From: an uncultured virus (IMG/VR IMGVR_UViG_3300047160_006212)
Taxonomy: Duplodnaviria > Heunggongvirae > Uroviricota > Caudoviricetes
IMG/VR virus record: IMGVR_UViG_3300047160_006212
Strand: one strand, 5' to 3'
DNA: 64,000 nt
The notes beneath the pieces were generated by a model. That model did no database searches, had not been told where the DNA came from, and was given only the letters and a program-made list of their open reading frames with translations. Shown here one piece after another: positions 1 through 8,368 of the stretch. Positions within the stretch are counted from its first letter, which is position 1; each line of letters begins with the position of its first letter. The position numbers were made by a program, and so were the translations under genes.

Positions 1-106
1 CAAGGATACCAGTGCTGCCCGCTCCAAATATGGTGGCGATATCATTAGATGAGAGTGGCCTTGCAACAGTCATGGCTCGGTCTTCTTTTCCAATTCTTTA
101 GTGGGC

Positions 107-430
107 CTATCTGCATAGCAGACTGAATGCGCTCCCCTTTTCCTTGATGATAGCGCATGACCGCATGTCGATGAACTTGCCATGAAGCACGAACTTGTGG
201 GTGTCTTCAGCCTTTGGCGGCGCTGGTTTCGGCATCGGTTTGTGAACAGGCCGGTGGCGAGTCCACGTCGGCGCAGGTGCAGGTTCCGGAACATCGACGA
301 TGACAGGCACGGGAGGATGCACAGCTAGAGGATAGCAGGTGTTTGCATCGCAAACCCAATCAGCCTTTGCAGGAAGCAGGAACGCAAATAAAGCAAGCCA
401 TGCAAATGCTGCAATGCTAAGCTTCGTCAT
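107..430 (-). CDS. hypothetical exported Pro-rich protein
   Basis: Signal-peptide-like N-terminus (MTKLSIAAFAWLALFAFLLPAKA); start CAT overlaps the divergent RusA ATG. Confidence 0.5.
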   Translation of the reverse strand: MTKLSIAAFAWLALFAFLLPAKADWVCDANTCYPLAVHPPVPVIVDVPEPAPAPTWTRHRPVHKPMPKPAPPKAEDTHKFVLHGKFIDMRSCAIIKEKGSAFSLLCR

Positions 431-782
431 GACCCGAATCTCCATTCATTTGCCGATGCCGCCATCAACAAACCTCATTTGGCGGTCAGATCGTGGTCGC
501 GTTCACAAAAGCAGAGAATACACGGATTGGATTGCGCAAGCAGGCTACGAATGGTTACGGCAACGCAAGGACCAGCCTAAGGGGCTTCAAGGCAATTTTA
601 AGGCAATTCTCATTTTGGACAAGACCCAGCGTGGCAGGAAAGACCTTGATAACAGGGTCAAGGCTATACTGGACCTATGTAAAACGCATAGCATCATCGT
701 GGATGACAAGCTCTGCGATGCACTTTTAATCAAGTGGGGAACGGCACCTATGGGTGTCCATATTGTGCTCAAGGGCTACTAG
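429..782 (+). CDS. rusA: RusA-family Holliday junction resolvase
   Basis: LPMPPSTN, DLDNRVKAILD and DD motifs typical of RusA. Confidence 0.85.
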   Translation: MTRISIHLPMPPSTNLIWRSDRGRVHKSREYTDWIAQAGYEWLRQRKDQPKGLQGNFKAILILDKTQRGRKDLDNRVKAILDLCKTHSIIVDDKLCDALLIKWGTAPMGVHIVLKGY

Positions 783-791
783 ATATGCTAC

Positions 792-820
792 TTGACGCAA
801 ATCTGTCATAGGAGTTAGAT
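792..820 (+). promoter_or_regulatory. putative sigma70-type promoter for replication genes
   Basis: TTGACG-17 bp-TTAGAT. Confidence 0.45.
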
Positions 821-846
821 CGCTAGACGACCTAAGAAAATAGACG

Positions 847-892
847 AAAAAATAAGGCCGCCGGGAAAGAGGGAAATCGAACCCAGCGGCCT
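847..892 (-). terminator. intrinsic terminator-like hairpin with anti-SD loop
   Basis: Minus strand AGGCCGCUGGG/CCCGGCGGCCU stem (one U-G), loop containing UUUCCCUCUUU, followed by UAUUUUUU. Confidence 0.55.
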
Positions 893-923
893 GTGCTTCT
901 TCAACCCAGCAATCGGAAACTGG

Positions 924-1541
924 ATGAATGTCATGATAAATACCCACCTTCCACGAAAGTTTCAAGACAAAATCATATCCCAGCTCACGGAATTTGGTCT
1001 AACCCCCGACCAAATTGCCGCAGTCATGGGTCTGTTTGGTCCAGCCATCCAAGCGCAGGAACAGGCAGCGGCGAGGCTTGCTCGAAAGAGGGCTGTGATG
1101 AGGGAATGCCGTGCGCGTGGTACCACGCGTGGTACCACAGTGGTACCACAGGAAAAATCCAACAAAATCAACGGTCATGTGGTACCACAAGTTGGGGATA
1201 TATATAATAGTAAGATAGAAGGTAAGAGTAAGGAGAAAGAAAGAAAGAAAGATATATATCCCAAGCGTGGTACCACTGTGGTACCACAGGCTGACTTTGA
1301 TGAGTTCTACCAGCTTTACCCCCGCAAGAAGAAACCTGCCGACGCCCTAAAAGCTTACCACAAAGCCCGGAAGATTGCGTCCAAGGAAGACATTCTCCAA
1401 GGCGTCAGAAATCTCATAGCCGAGAACAAGGAACTACAATTCATCCCCTATCCAGCGACGTGGCTGAACAGCCAAAGCTGGTTGGACGAAGTTTCGCCGC
1501 AATCCCAGTGTTCTTATCAGGCCAGGAGCGTGCGTCTATGA
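924..1541 (+). CDS. phage replication initiator-like protein
   Basis: C-terminal FDEFYQLYPRKK...PYPATWLN domain typical of phage initiators; internal iterons; upstream of primase/helicase. Confidence 0.75.
   Translation: MNVMINTHLPRKFQDKIISQLTEFGLTPDQIAAVMGLFGPAIQAQEQAAARLARKRAVMRECRARGTTRGTTVVPQEKSNKINGHVVPQVGDIYNSKIEGKSKEKERKKDIYPKRGTTVVPQADFDEFYQLYPRKKKPADALKAYHKARKIASKEDILQGVRNLIAENKELQFIPYPATWLNSQSWLDEVSPQSQCSYQARSVRL
1117..1287. repeat. six GTGGTACCAC palindromic iterons plus purine-rich/AT-rich tract; putative replication origin
   Basis: Copies at 1117, 1129, 1140, 1179, 1267, 1278 flanking A/G-rich 1195-1260, inside the initiator gene. Confidence 0.75.
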
Positions 1542-1834
1542 AATCAGCCGCCGACATTCTTCGCATTGAAGGCATTCAATTGCCGAATTCTAAACCGGGG
1601 CGGTACTATACCGTTTGTCCTGCGTGTTCGCACTTGCGAAGGAAAAAGCGCCTGAAGTGCCTTGCCGTCACGATCGATGCCGATGGCGTCAAATGGTTCT
1701 GCAATCACTGCAGCTACAAAGGAGGGAATTTCTATGGCCGACAAGATACTGGACCCCATTCACGCCAAGGCTTTCGAGCGCCGGGGCATATCAGCCGAGA
1801 CAGCAGCGCGCTACGAGATTTATACAGACGGTAA
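1538..1834 (+). CDS. primase zinc-binding domain protein
   Basis: CPACS...WFCNHC zinc ribbon; ATGA overlap with initiator. Confidence 0.75.
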   Translation: MKSAADILRIEGIQLPNSKPGRYYTVCPACSHLRRKKRLKCLAVTIDADGVKWFCNHCSYKGGNFYGRQDTGPHSRQGFRAPGHISRDSSALRDLYRR

Positions 1835-3152
1835 GGTCGTGGTGTTTCCATATTTCGAGCATGGCGCTGTGGTTAACGAAAAGTACCGCGCGCCCGGCAA
1901 GAAATTTTGGCAAACCAAGGGAGGCAAGAGAACATTTTGGAATGCCGATGCTCTTGATGATCCGGCTTTGGAAACCGGTCAGATGGCGTTGGTGATAACG
2001 GAAGGGGAAATTGACGCCTTGACCGCAATCGAATGTGGCTTCCCGCTTGCTGTATCGGTGCCAGATGGGGCGCCGCCTGCAACAAGCGAGGACCGTGAGG
2101 ATGATGACGAAAAGAAGTTTGAGTTCATTTACAACAATCGCAATCGCATAAAGCATATCAAGCGATTTATCATTGCCGTTGACAACGATGATCCGGGTAA
2201 GAGACTTGCCGAAGGGTTGGTGCGCCGGTTGTCGGCTTCGCGGTGCTCGTTTGTCGATTATCCCGCTGGATGCAAAGACTTGAATGACGTGCTTCAGCAG
2301 TATGGTTCGGCAGTGGTTAGAGATTTGCTGCTTAATGCAAAGCCGTATCCGATCAAGGGGGTCTACCAGCTTTCTGATTACCCGCCACAGCCGAAATTGG
2401 TTACCTACTCGACCGGGTGGGCGATGATTGATCAGCACATGATGCTGTTTCCAAAGGAATTGATGGTGGTGACTGGCATTCCGGGTCATGGCAAGAGTAC
2501 TTGGGTTTTGAACTTGATATGCAACATGGCGCGGCTGCATGACTGGAAAACGGTGCTGTTCTCTCCTGAAATGCCGGTTAACCCGCACTTGCGGGATAAG
2601 CTTCGCAGGATCATAAGCGCGGATATTGCGTCTGCTGATGCCTTTATCGACAAAAATATCAAGTTCTTGGATCACAGCCCGACTGACGATGATGATGATG
2701 ATGATCTCAGTGTTGAATGGATTATCGACAAAGCCAAAGAAGCTGTCTTGCGATATGGCATTCGTTGCCTTGTCATCGATCCTTGGAATGAAATAGAGCA
2801 CGCAAGACACCGTGATGAAGCTGTTACCGATTATGTGTGCCGATGCCTTCGTCAGTTAAAGGCTTTTGCTAAAAACTATCAGGTTGCTGTGATTGTCATA
2901 GCTCACCCCACCAAGGAAGTTTTTAAGGATGGAAAACTTCGGACGCCGTCCCTTTACGACATCGAAGGGTCCGCGCATTGGGTCAATAAGTGTGATCATG
3001 GCATTGTGATCGAACGGCCGAATCCATATGCGGATGAAGCCATGATCCATATCTCCAAGGTGCGCTTTGAGGATAGTGGGGAAAGGGGCGAGGTTAAGAT
3101 GGATTTTGACCGCGCTACTTCCCAGTTTTTGACGCTTGGCACGAAGCCATGA
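1734..3152 (+). CDS. TOPRIM primase / SF4 DnaB-like helicase (T7 gp4/Twinkle-like)
   Basis: ITEGEIDA and DNDDPG TOPRIM motifs; Walker A GIPGHGKS; LVIDPWN; IAHPTK; SD AAAGGAGG. Confidence 0.9.
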   Translation: MADKILDPIHAKAFERRGISAETAARYEIYTDGKVVVFPYFEHGAVVNEKYRAPGKKFWQTKGGKRTFWNADALDDPALETGQMALVITEGEIDALTAIECGFPLAVSVPDGAPPATSEDREDDDEKKFEFIYNNRNRIKHIKRFIIAVDNDDPGKRLAEGLVRRLSASRCSFVDYPAGCKDLNDVLQQYGSAVVRDLLLNAKPYPIKGVYQLSDYPPQPKLVTYSTGWAMIDQHMMLFPKELMVVTGIPGHGKSTWVLNLICNMARLHDWKTVLFSPEMPVNPHLRDKLRRIISADIASADAFIDKNIKFLDHSPTDDDDDDDLSVEWIIDKAKEAVLRYGIRCLVIDPWNEIEHARHRDEAVTDYVCRCLRQLKAFAKNYQVAVIVIAHPTKEVFKDGKLRTPSLYDIEGSAHWVNKCDHGIVIERPNPYADEAMIHISKVRFEDSGERGEVKMDFDRATSQFLTLGTKP

Positions 3153-3470
3153 TCAATCGAACGGGTTTGAGTCCTGTTCTTCCATGATGGCCATGGCTTC
3201 GTTGATCTCATCAAGCGTAAAGGCGCCCGCATCGGAGGGACGTTTGTGGTTCTTGATCTTTTCTTCAATCGCTTGGAGTGATTTTAGGACTGCTTGGGCT
3301 ATCAAGTAACAATCTTCTGCGTCAACCCTTGCGCCATTGATATTCACTATCTCGTTTGCGTCCATGAGAGTACACTTGGCCATGACCTTGGCCATAGCGT
3401 TGCTATAGGACTGTACAAGCCGCAGGCAGCGCGCACGTTCCTCAGACGCGGTTAGGTTTCGTCCAGTCAT
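3153..3470 (-). CDS. hypothetical protein
   Basis: 105-aa ORF; acidic C-terminal helix. Confidence 0.6.
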   Translation of the reverse strand: MTGRNLTASEERARCLRLVQSYSNAMAKVMAKCTLMDANEIVNINGARVDAEDCYLIAQAVLKSLQAIEEKIKNHKRPSDAGAFTLDEINEAMAIMEEQDSNPFD

Positions 3471-3681
3471 GGTGTTGATCCTGCGTCATGAGCATTTCTT
3501 CCAAGCGCTCTTTCTCTTTTTCTGCGTCTTCCAGAGCTTCTTCCAGCGAGGCCAAAACCTGCAAGACGCTGTTCGTCAGTTGCGCCATGGTGGACGCGGC
3601 CTGCATGGGGCTTTCGAATTGGGTCGCGTCCTTGGGTAGGTTTTTGATCAAAACCCGGAATTTTTCCGTATAGACACCCAT
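3442..3681 (-). CDS. hypothetical coiled-coil protein
   Basis: 79-aa ORF with SD AGGAGG. Confidence 0.65.
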   Translation of the reverse strand: MGVYTEKFRVLIKNLPKDATQFESPMQAASTMAQLTNSVLQVLASLEEALEDAEKEKERLEEMLMTQDQHHDWTKPNRV

Positions 3682-3734
3682 GGGGTCCTCCTGTAGGTTT
3701 CATGGTATTGGTAACTCGGATTTGGGGCAAAGTT

Positions 3735-4193
3735 ATGGATGCCCATAAGCTACGGAACGTCAAACACGAATTGTTTTGCCAGATGATCGTGGCGGGTGCC
3801 CCACGCGGCGAAGCTTATCAAAAATCTGGTTTCCAAGGTAAGACTGAGCATGCAAACACGTATGGAACCATGCTTCTTGCCAAGCCTGAAATCAAAAAGC
3901 GCATTGAACAACTTTTACAAAACTCCGCCAGCCGCGCCGAGATTAGCAGAAAACAGATACTTGAACGGATTATGGAAGATTGGGATAGCTCTCGTAGATT
4001 GGGGCAGATGTCGAGCGCACTGAAGGCCGCCGAACTCATGGGCAAGGAACTTCACAAGATGTTCGTGGAGCGCAAGGAGGTCGGCGGCCCCGGTGACTTT
4101 GACAGCAAGACTGAAGACGAGTTGAAAGAAATCGTTCGTGAAGGCCTCAAGGAACTCGGTTGGGATGATCCCGGTCCGAATTCCCTAAATTAG
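3735..4193 (+). CDS. terminase small subunit
   Basis: KHELFCQ...AYQKSGF...LLAKPEIKKRI...ALKAAELMGK matches TerS HTH family pattern. Confidence 0.8.
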   Translation: MDAHKLRNVKHELFCQMIVAGAPRGEAYQKSGFQGKTEHANTYGTMLLAKPEIKKRIEQLLQNSASRAEISRKQILERIMEDWDSSRRLGQMSSALKAAELMGKELHKMFVERKEVGGPGDFDSKTEDELKEIVREGLKELGWDDPGPNSLN

Positions 4194-4287
4194 CACCAGC
4201 ATCCTTTGCCATGGCGCACAGAGCGCAAAAGCCCCAGCCCAAAAAGACGCCGAACCACACAGCGAATAGTATATAAATATAGCTCAT
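4147..4287 (-). CDS. small hydrophobic membrane protein
   Basis: 46-aa ORF MSYIYILFAVWFGVFLGWGFCAL preceded by AAAGAGGGAA. Confidence 0.45.
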   Translation of the reverse strand: MSYIYILFAVWFGVFLGWGFCALCAMAKDAGANLGNSDRDHPNRVP

Positions 4288-4379
4288 GGATGTTTCCCTC
4301 TTTGCTACGCGTTACTGATAAACCTCCATTTCAAAGAAAAAACTTAGCATGATGGAACCTCTTTCCCGTTGTTGTATGT

Positions 4380-4829
4380 TCAGTTCACCGCGCGGCTGCG
4401 GAAGGGAATGACATTGCCCTCGTGGGACATACCATCCTCATCCTCATTGCAGGACCCGAAAATGTGGTGGCCCATGTTGCAGACATGTTCGATCTCGATA
4501 TCAAGTTGCTGCATGCAGGCCGTGATGAAGCTTCGTTCGGTCTGTTCACAAAGATCAAGCGCCTTGTAGATCGGCGTAGCCAATTCCAACGCCAGCTTTG
4601 CTGCCGCAGTGATACTGTGGTGCTGGAGGAAGTGCTCGGCGCGGCCTTGCACCAATGGCACCAAACTCAGATAGGCGATCAGTTTGTCGTAGGGCGGCGC
4701 TTTGTCGGCATCATCCTGATCGACAAACGCGAACAAGGTATGCAGAAAGTCCTTTGGCACAGTCACACCGTTGACCAAGAACAAATCCCGGCCTTCCTCG
4801 ATCTTAACCAGTGTTCCATGTTTTCGCAT
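4380..4829 (-). CDS. hypothetical early protein
   Basis: ORF start directly after leader motif copy 1 and its SD. Confidence 0.7.
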   Translation of the reverse strand: MRKHGTLVKIEEGRDLFLVNGVTVPKDFLHTLFAFVDQDDADKAPPYDKLIAYLSLVPLVQGRAEHFLQHHSITAAAKLALELATPIYKALDLCEQTERSFITACMQQLDIEIEHVCNMGHHIFGSCNEDEDGMSHEGNVIPFRSRAVN

Positions 4830-4834
4830 TGATG

Positions 4835-4900
4835 TTCCCTCTTTGAGTGAAGCTGAATTGCTTCGCACTGCGCTCCGTGAGAGCGCAGGCCGAAACAATC
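4835..4900 (-). ncRNA. repeated structured leader element, copy 1 of 9
   Basis: AUUGUUUCG-[hairpin]-CGAAGCAAU-UCAGCUUC-AAAGAGGGAA. Confidence 0.75.
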
Positions 4901-5003
4901 AGGCGGGCGGGGATGACTAAGGCGCGCCATCCCATTACGAGTTAACCTTTCGACCCTGCCGGACCCCTGCCGTCGGGTTGCCCGGCGAAGTCGTCCGCCT
5001 GGT

Positions 5004-5339
5004 CTATCCTTCAAGCGGATTGATGCCGTGGTCGCCGACATACAGATTTTCATATGTCTGGAAAACCATGCCGTCCCGTTCGAAGTGGCCTTCCTTGATC
5101 CTGATATCGCGCCCCTTGCCTTTGGTCCTGCTTTGATAGGCAGCCCAAGACAGCCGGACGCCGCGACCAAGATCAAGCTTTTCGTCGTCGCAGTGGACAG
5201 TCATGCGGGTTTTGGTGCCATCAGGCCAGATGGCTTGGAACGTGGGTCCTATCATTGCCATCTTTTTCCAGTTCCTTTTTGGTTTGGGATGAGGCTTGGT
5301 GCAGACTTTGATGCTATTGCTTCGATGATGATAGTTCAT
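5004..5339 (-). CDS. hypothetical protein
   Basis: ORF preceded by AAAGAGGGAA. Confidence 0.6.
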   Translation of the reverse strand: MNYHHRSNSIKVCTKPHPKPKRNWKKMAMIGPTFQAIWPDGTKTRMTVHCDDEKLDLGRGVRLSWAAYQSRTKGKGRDIRIKEGHFERDGMVFQTYENLYVGDHGINPLEG

Positions 5340-5513
5340 TTTCCCTCTTTGTGCTGTAGTTGCCATGTTGATCCATCCATCCGCTGGCATACGGATGGGG
5401 ATATTTCAGGTGATAGTCGCAAACGTAGTTCAATCCCTTAACGGGATGCTGTGGCCGATGCATAAAGCAGTAACAGCCATTGCAGCAACAGCCGCAAGAA
5501 ACAACCTTGATCC

Positions 5514-5717
5514 TCATTTGCGCCCCCTGATGCCCATATCGATGTGATACAGCAACCGGCCAAGTTCGATATCCATGGTCGGTTGATCTAGCTGGTCGCC
5601 ATGGTGAGCGATAATGAAGTTTCTTGCCTCTTGGAGTGCAGCGCGGGCGATACCGATTTCAGCAGCCATCGCTGTGATGATCCGCATTGTTCCTTCGTCC
5701 AAATCTTCCAAGCTCAT
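5514..5717 (-). CDS. hypothetical protein
   Basis: 67-aa ORF coupled (ATGA) to upstream gene. Confidence 0.6.
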   Translation of the reverse strand: MSLEDLDEGTMRIITAMAAEIGIARAALQEARNFIIAHHGDQLDQPTMDIELGRLLYHIDMGIRGRK

Positions 5718-6094
5718 TTGCGCGCCCTCTTGTTGGAAGCTTTGCCGTAGACCTTTTTGTATGCTTCAAGAGCATCGGCGGCTGTGATCTCTTTGGCTGG
5801 AACATTGTCGCCATGCTGATAAGGCGATGGCAACTGAATAGCCGAATAGATCACGTTTTCATCGAAGTCCGTCAATGTAATTGTAGCGGGTTCAAGCGCC
5901 TTGACGACTTCGACGAAGTGTGGCTGACAGCCGCAAGCTTTGACGAAAGCATTCCAGTTGAACTTCGGGTTTGTGGCTTGCAGATTATCTGCAAAGCGCA
6001 AACACGTCGTTGCCCGGATATCCTCCGCAGTGATTTCTGAAATCACCTTGGCGATGAAATCGAAATGCTGCCGGGTTAGCTTGATGTCTTGCAT
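5714..6094 (-). CDS. hypothetical protein
   Basis: 126-aa ORF following motif copy 2. Confidence 0.7.
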   Translation of the reverse strand: MQDIKLTRQHFDFIAKVISEITAEDIRATTCLRFADNLQATNPKFNWNAFVKACGCQPHFVEVVKALEPATITLTDFDENVIYSAIQLPSPYQHGDNVPAKEITAADALEAYKKVYGKASNKRARK

Positions 6095-6100
6095 GGTTGG

Positions 6101-6165
6101 TTCCCTCTTTCCATGAAGCAGGATTGCTTCGCACTGCCGAGATATACTCGGCAGGTCGAAGCAAT
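6101..6165 (-). ncRNA. repeated structured leader element, copy 2
   Basis: Same flanks; inner stem CUGCCGAG/CUCGGCAG. Confidence 0.75.
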
Positions 6166-6324
6166 TGGTACAGCTTGCAAGATTTCACCAGTTCCCTGAT
6201 CCCGGTATCTGTCGGGTTGGCGAGGCTGGAACCTTGCCTTGTTTTCGGCCTTAGCCCGTTGCTGTAGCGGCTGCCATAGGGACTATCCTCGCCTTATTCG
6301 CTACGAAACAGTCCGCGCCTTTGG

Positions 6325-6741
6325 TCAGTTTTTCTGACCTATATGGCGAATGGTATCGGGTAATTGGTCGATCTTTGCGCCGGGCCAGCGATAGCCGCCA
6401 ATCAGGTTGATCGGTACATCGCTTGGGCCGATGATTGGAACCCCTATTTTTATAGGGTTTGCGGACGCGGCTTGAGGGTTTGTGGATGGGTGGTAGCGGC
6501 CTAGCATTGCGTGGCGTTTTAGGGCGTTAAATTCCAGCCTGCAGTTCCGCCGGCCGCACAGCGCCCTGGATGGGTTCCCCTTCGGTTCCTCACAGGCTAG
6601 GCACCGCTTGCTGTAGAAAATCCGGAAGCATCCCTTGCAGCAAAAGGCGGATCGCTGGTTAGCCGTAGGCTTGACCAGCTTCGCGCCGCAACGGCGGCAT
6701 TTGGTTCGGTCAGGACTTGCGTCTAACGGCATTGATTTCAT
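6325..6741 (-). CDS. Cys-rich putative zinc-binding protein
   Basis: CRRC, CCKGC, CLAC, CGRRNC. Confidence 0.6.
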   Translation of the reverse strand: MKSMPLDASPDRTKCRRCGAKLVKPTANQRSAFCCKGCFRIFYSKRCLACEEPKGNPSRALCGRRNCRLEFNALKRHAMLGRYHPSTNPQAASANPIKIGVPIIGPSDVPINLIGGYRWPGAKIDQLPDTIRHIGQKN

Positions 6742-6863
6742 TCCTTATTTTGAGATTCGATAGCTGAGACGTAGAACATCAGCACAAGAATGAATGCAAC
6801 GAGATATCCGAGAGCATCCCAGGATATGCAGATTGCATCCCAAACCAGTTGCCAGAACAGCAT
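6738..6863 (-). CDS. small membrane protein
   Basis: 41-aa hydrophobic ORF, SD AAGGAG, ATGA coupling. Confidence 0.5.
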   Translation of the reverse strand: MLFWQLVWDAICISWDALGYLVAFILVLMFYVSAIESQNKE

Positions 6864-6875
6864 GAGATTTTCTCC

Positions 6876-6998
6876 TTAGTCTCGCGCGGCAATCGCCATG
6901 ACGGCAATCGCCAGAACAAGGATCGATAGCCCAATGAGGCTAAACCCTGTCACATAGTTGATGAATAGCAGGAACAGTACGATCAATATAAATCCCAT
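6876..6998 (-). CDS. small membrane protein
   Basis: 40-aa hydrophobic ORF after motif copy 3. Confidence 0.55.
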   Translation of the reverse strand: MGFILIVLFLLFINYVTGFSLIGLSILVLAIAVMAIAARD

Positions 6999-7003
6999 TG
7001 TGT

Positions 7004-7067
7004 TTCCCTCTTTGCTTGAAGCTGAATGCTTCGTGCTGTCCCCCGTAGGGGACAGTGTCGAAACATT
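7004..7067 (-). ncRNA. repeated structured leader element, copy 3
   Basis: Inner stem CUGUCCCC-UACG-GGGGACAG. Confidence 0.75.
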
Positions 7068-8292
7068 AGTCGTAATCGCAGGTTCTTCCGAACGGAGCCT
7101 TAAGGCGTTTATTGGAGCCGAAGTTAACCCAAACCACCGGGAACGGCGGCTTGCGGCCGAAGCTTGACGTTTCGAGATCGGTCAGGAACACCATGCCGAT
7201 GGCGTTTGAATATTCCCGGCCGATGTACTCCATGGCGCTGGTGAAATCTGTGCCGCCGCCCGCGCGAGGATGCCAAGTTCTGACATCGTCGCTTGTGGCG
7301 GCGATGCAGATTTGATCGATCTTGGGCTCGGTATCGACCGCAATCAACACAGCTTCGGTGATGACCCTTTCGTCAATTGCTTTCGCAACTTCCGTTTTCA
7401 TCGCCGCGAACTGCGTATCAACGTCGATCGACCCTGATACATCGAAAGCGCAAACCAGCCTGAAGACGGCATCATCCGCATATCCCGGCATGACAGGGTC
7501 GCGCCGCCGCCGATTGATGCGGGACCACGTGCGGCCCTGCATCGATTTGGCGTCGCGCGACATGTCGCGGATCAGATCATGCCAGTCGAGCTTTTCGACC
7601 GGCAACAGTTCAGTCACCAAGCGCAGCAACTCAGCTGGCATGTTGCCAGCCTTCACAGCCTTGTCCTTGGCGTTCTGAACCGCGCGCTGCCAATCCTTTT
7701 GAGATTGTTCAAACGCGGCTTCTTGATCTGGCGTTGGCTGTTCCATGCCGCCCGGTTGATCGGCATCATCATTGCCGCCGCCCGCATTGCTTTCGTCCTC
7801 GCCTTCGCCTTCGTCGCCGCCGCCATCCTGATCCTGCTTGTCCTGTTCGGGATCATCCGGGATCAGATCATAGATTTCCTCAACAGCCTTGTTTGGATAC
7901 AGGCCATCGGCCTGTTCTAAGTCCGGGTGCTGATGGAAATACTGATGCACGATGGGACGCACAGACAGATGCGACGCCATGCCCCATTTGTCCTCGCCGC
8001 GATGCTTGCGGCGGGGAAAATGCAGCAGCGCGCACTTCATCACACATTCCAGCAAATCGCCCTCGATGTAACCCTGATTTGCAGGATTGAGCACATAGGA
8101 CGGATTGAAGAACACGGATATGCTGTTCGTCCAAATCGCGGCGTGGCGGTCGCAAGTCTCCAGTCTGGCATTGAAGATCAGACTGGCGAAAAACGGATTG
8201 CGACGCGCGACGCGTTCGCGTGCCTGCAGCATTCGCCTTAAAGCATCTTGAGCCTGTTGATGATTAAACTGTGGCGCATGAAAGTCGTCCAT
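7066..8292 (-). CDS. DUF2201-like metallopeptidase/VWA domain protein
   Basis: N-terminal peptidase-like domain, acidic linker, DVSGS MIDAS, GGGTDF, FLTD; adjacent to AAA ATPase. Confidence 0.8.
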   Translation of the reverse strand: MDDFHAPQFNHQQAQDALRRMLQARERVARRNPFFASLIFNARLETCDRHAAIWTNSISVFFNPSYVLNPANQGYIEGDLLECVMKCALLHFPRRKHRGEDKWGMASHLSVRPIVHQYFHQHPDLEQADGLYPNKAVEEIYDLIPDDPEQDKQDQDGGGDEGEGEDESNAGGGNDDADQPGGMEQPTPDQEAAFEQSQKDWQRAVQNAKDKAVKAGNMPAELLRLVTELLPVEKLDWHDLIRDMSRDAKSMQGRTWSRINRRRRDPVMPGYADDAVFRLVCAFDVSGSIDVDTQFAAMKTEVAKAIDERVITEAVLIAVDTEPKIDQICIAATSDDVRTWHPRAGGGTDFTSAMEYIGREYSNAIGMVFLTDLETSSFGRKPPFPVVWVNFGSNKRLKAPFGRTCDYD

Positions 8293-8294
8293 AG

Positions 8295-8361
8295 TTCCCT
8301 CTTTGTATGAAGCTGAATTGCTTCCTGAGTGACTGGCTTGCGCCAGTCACCTAGAAACAAT
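8295..8361 (-). ncRNA. repeated structured leader element, copy 4
   Basis: Inner stem GUGACUGGC-GCAA-GCCAGUCAC. Confidence 0.75.
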
Positions 8362-8368
8362 TGATGCA

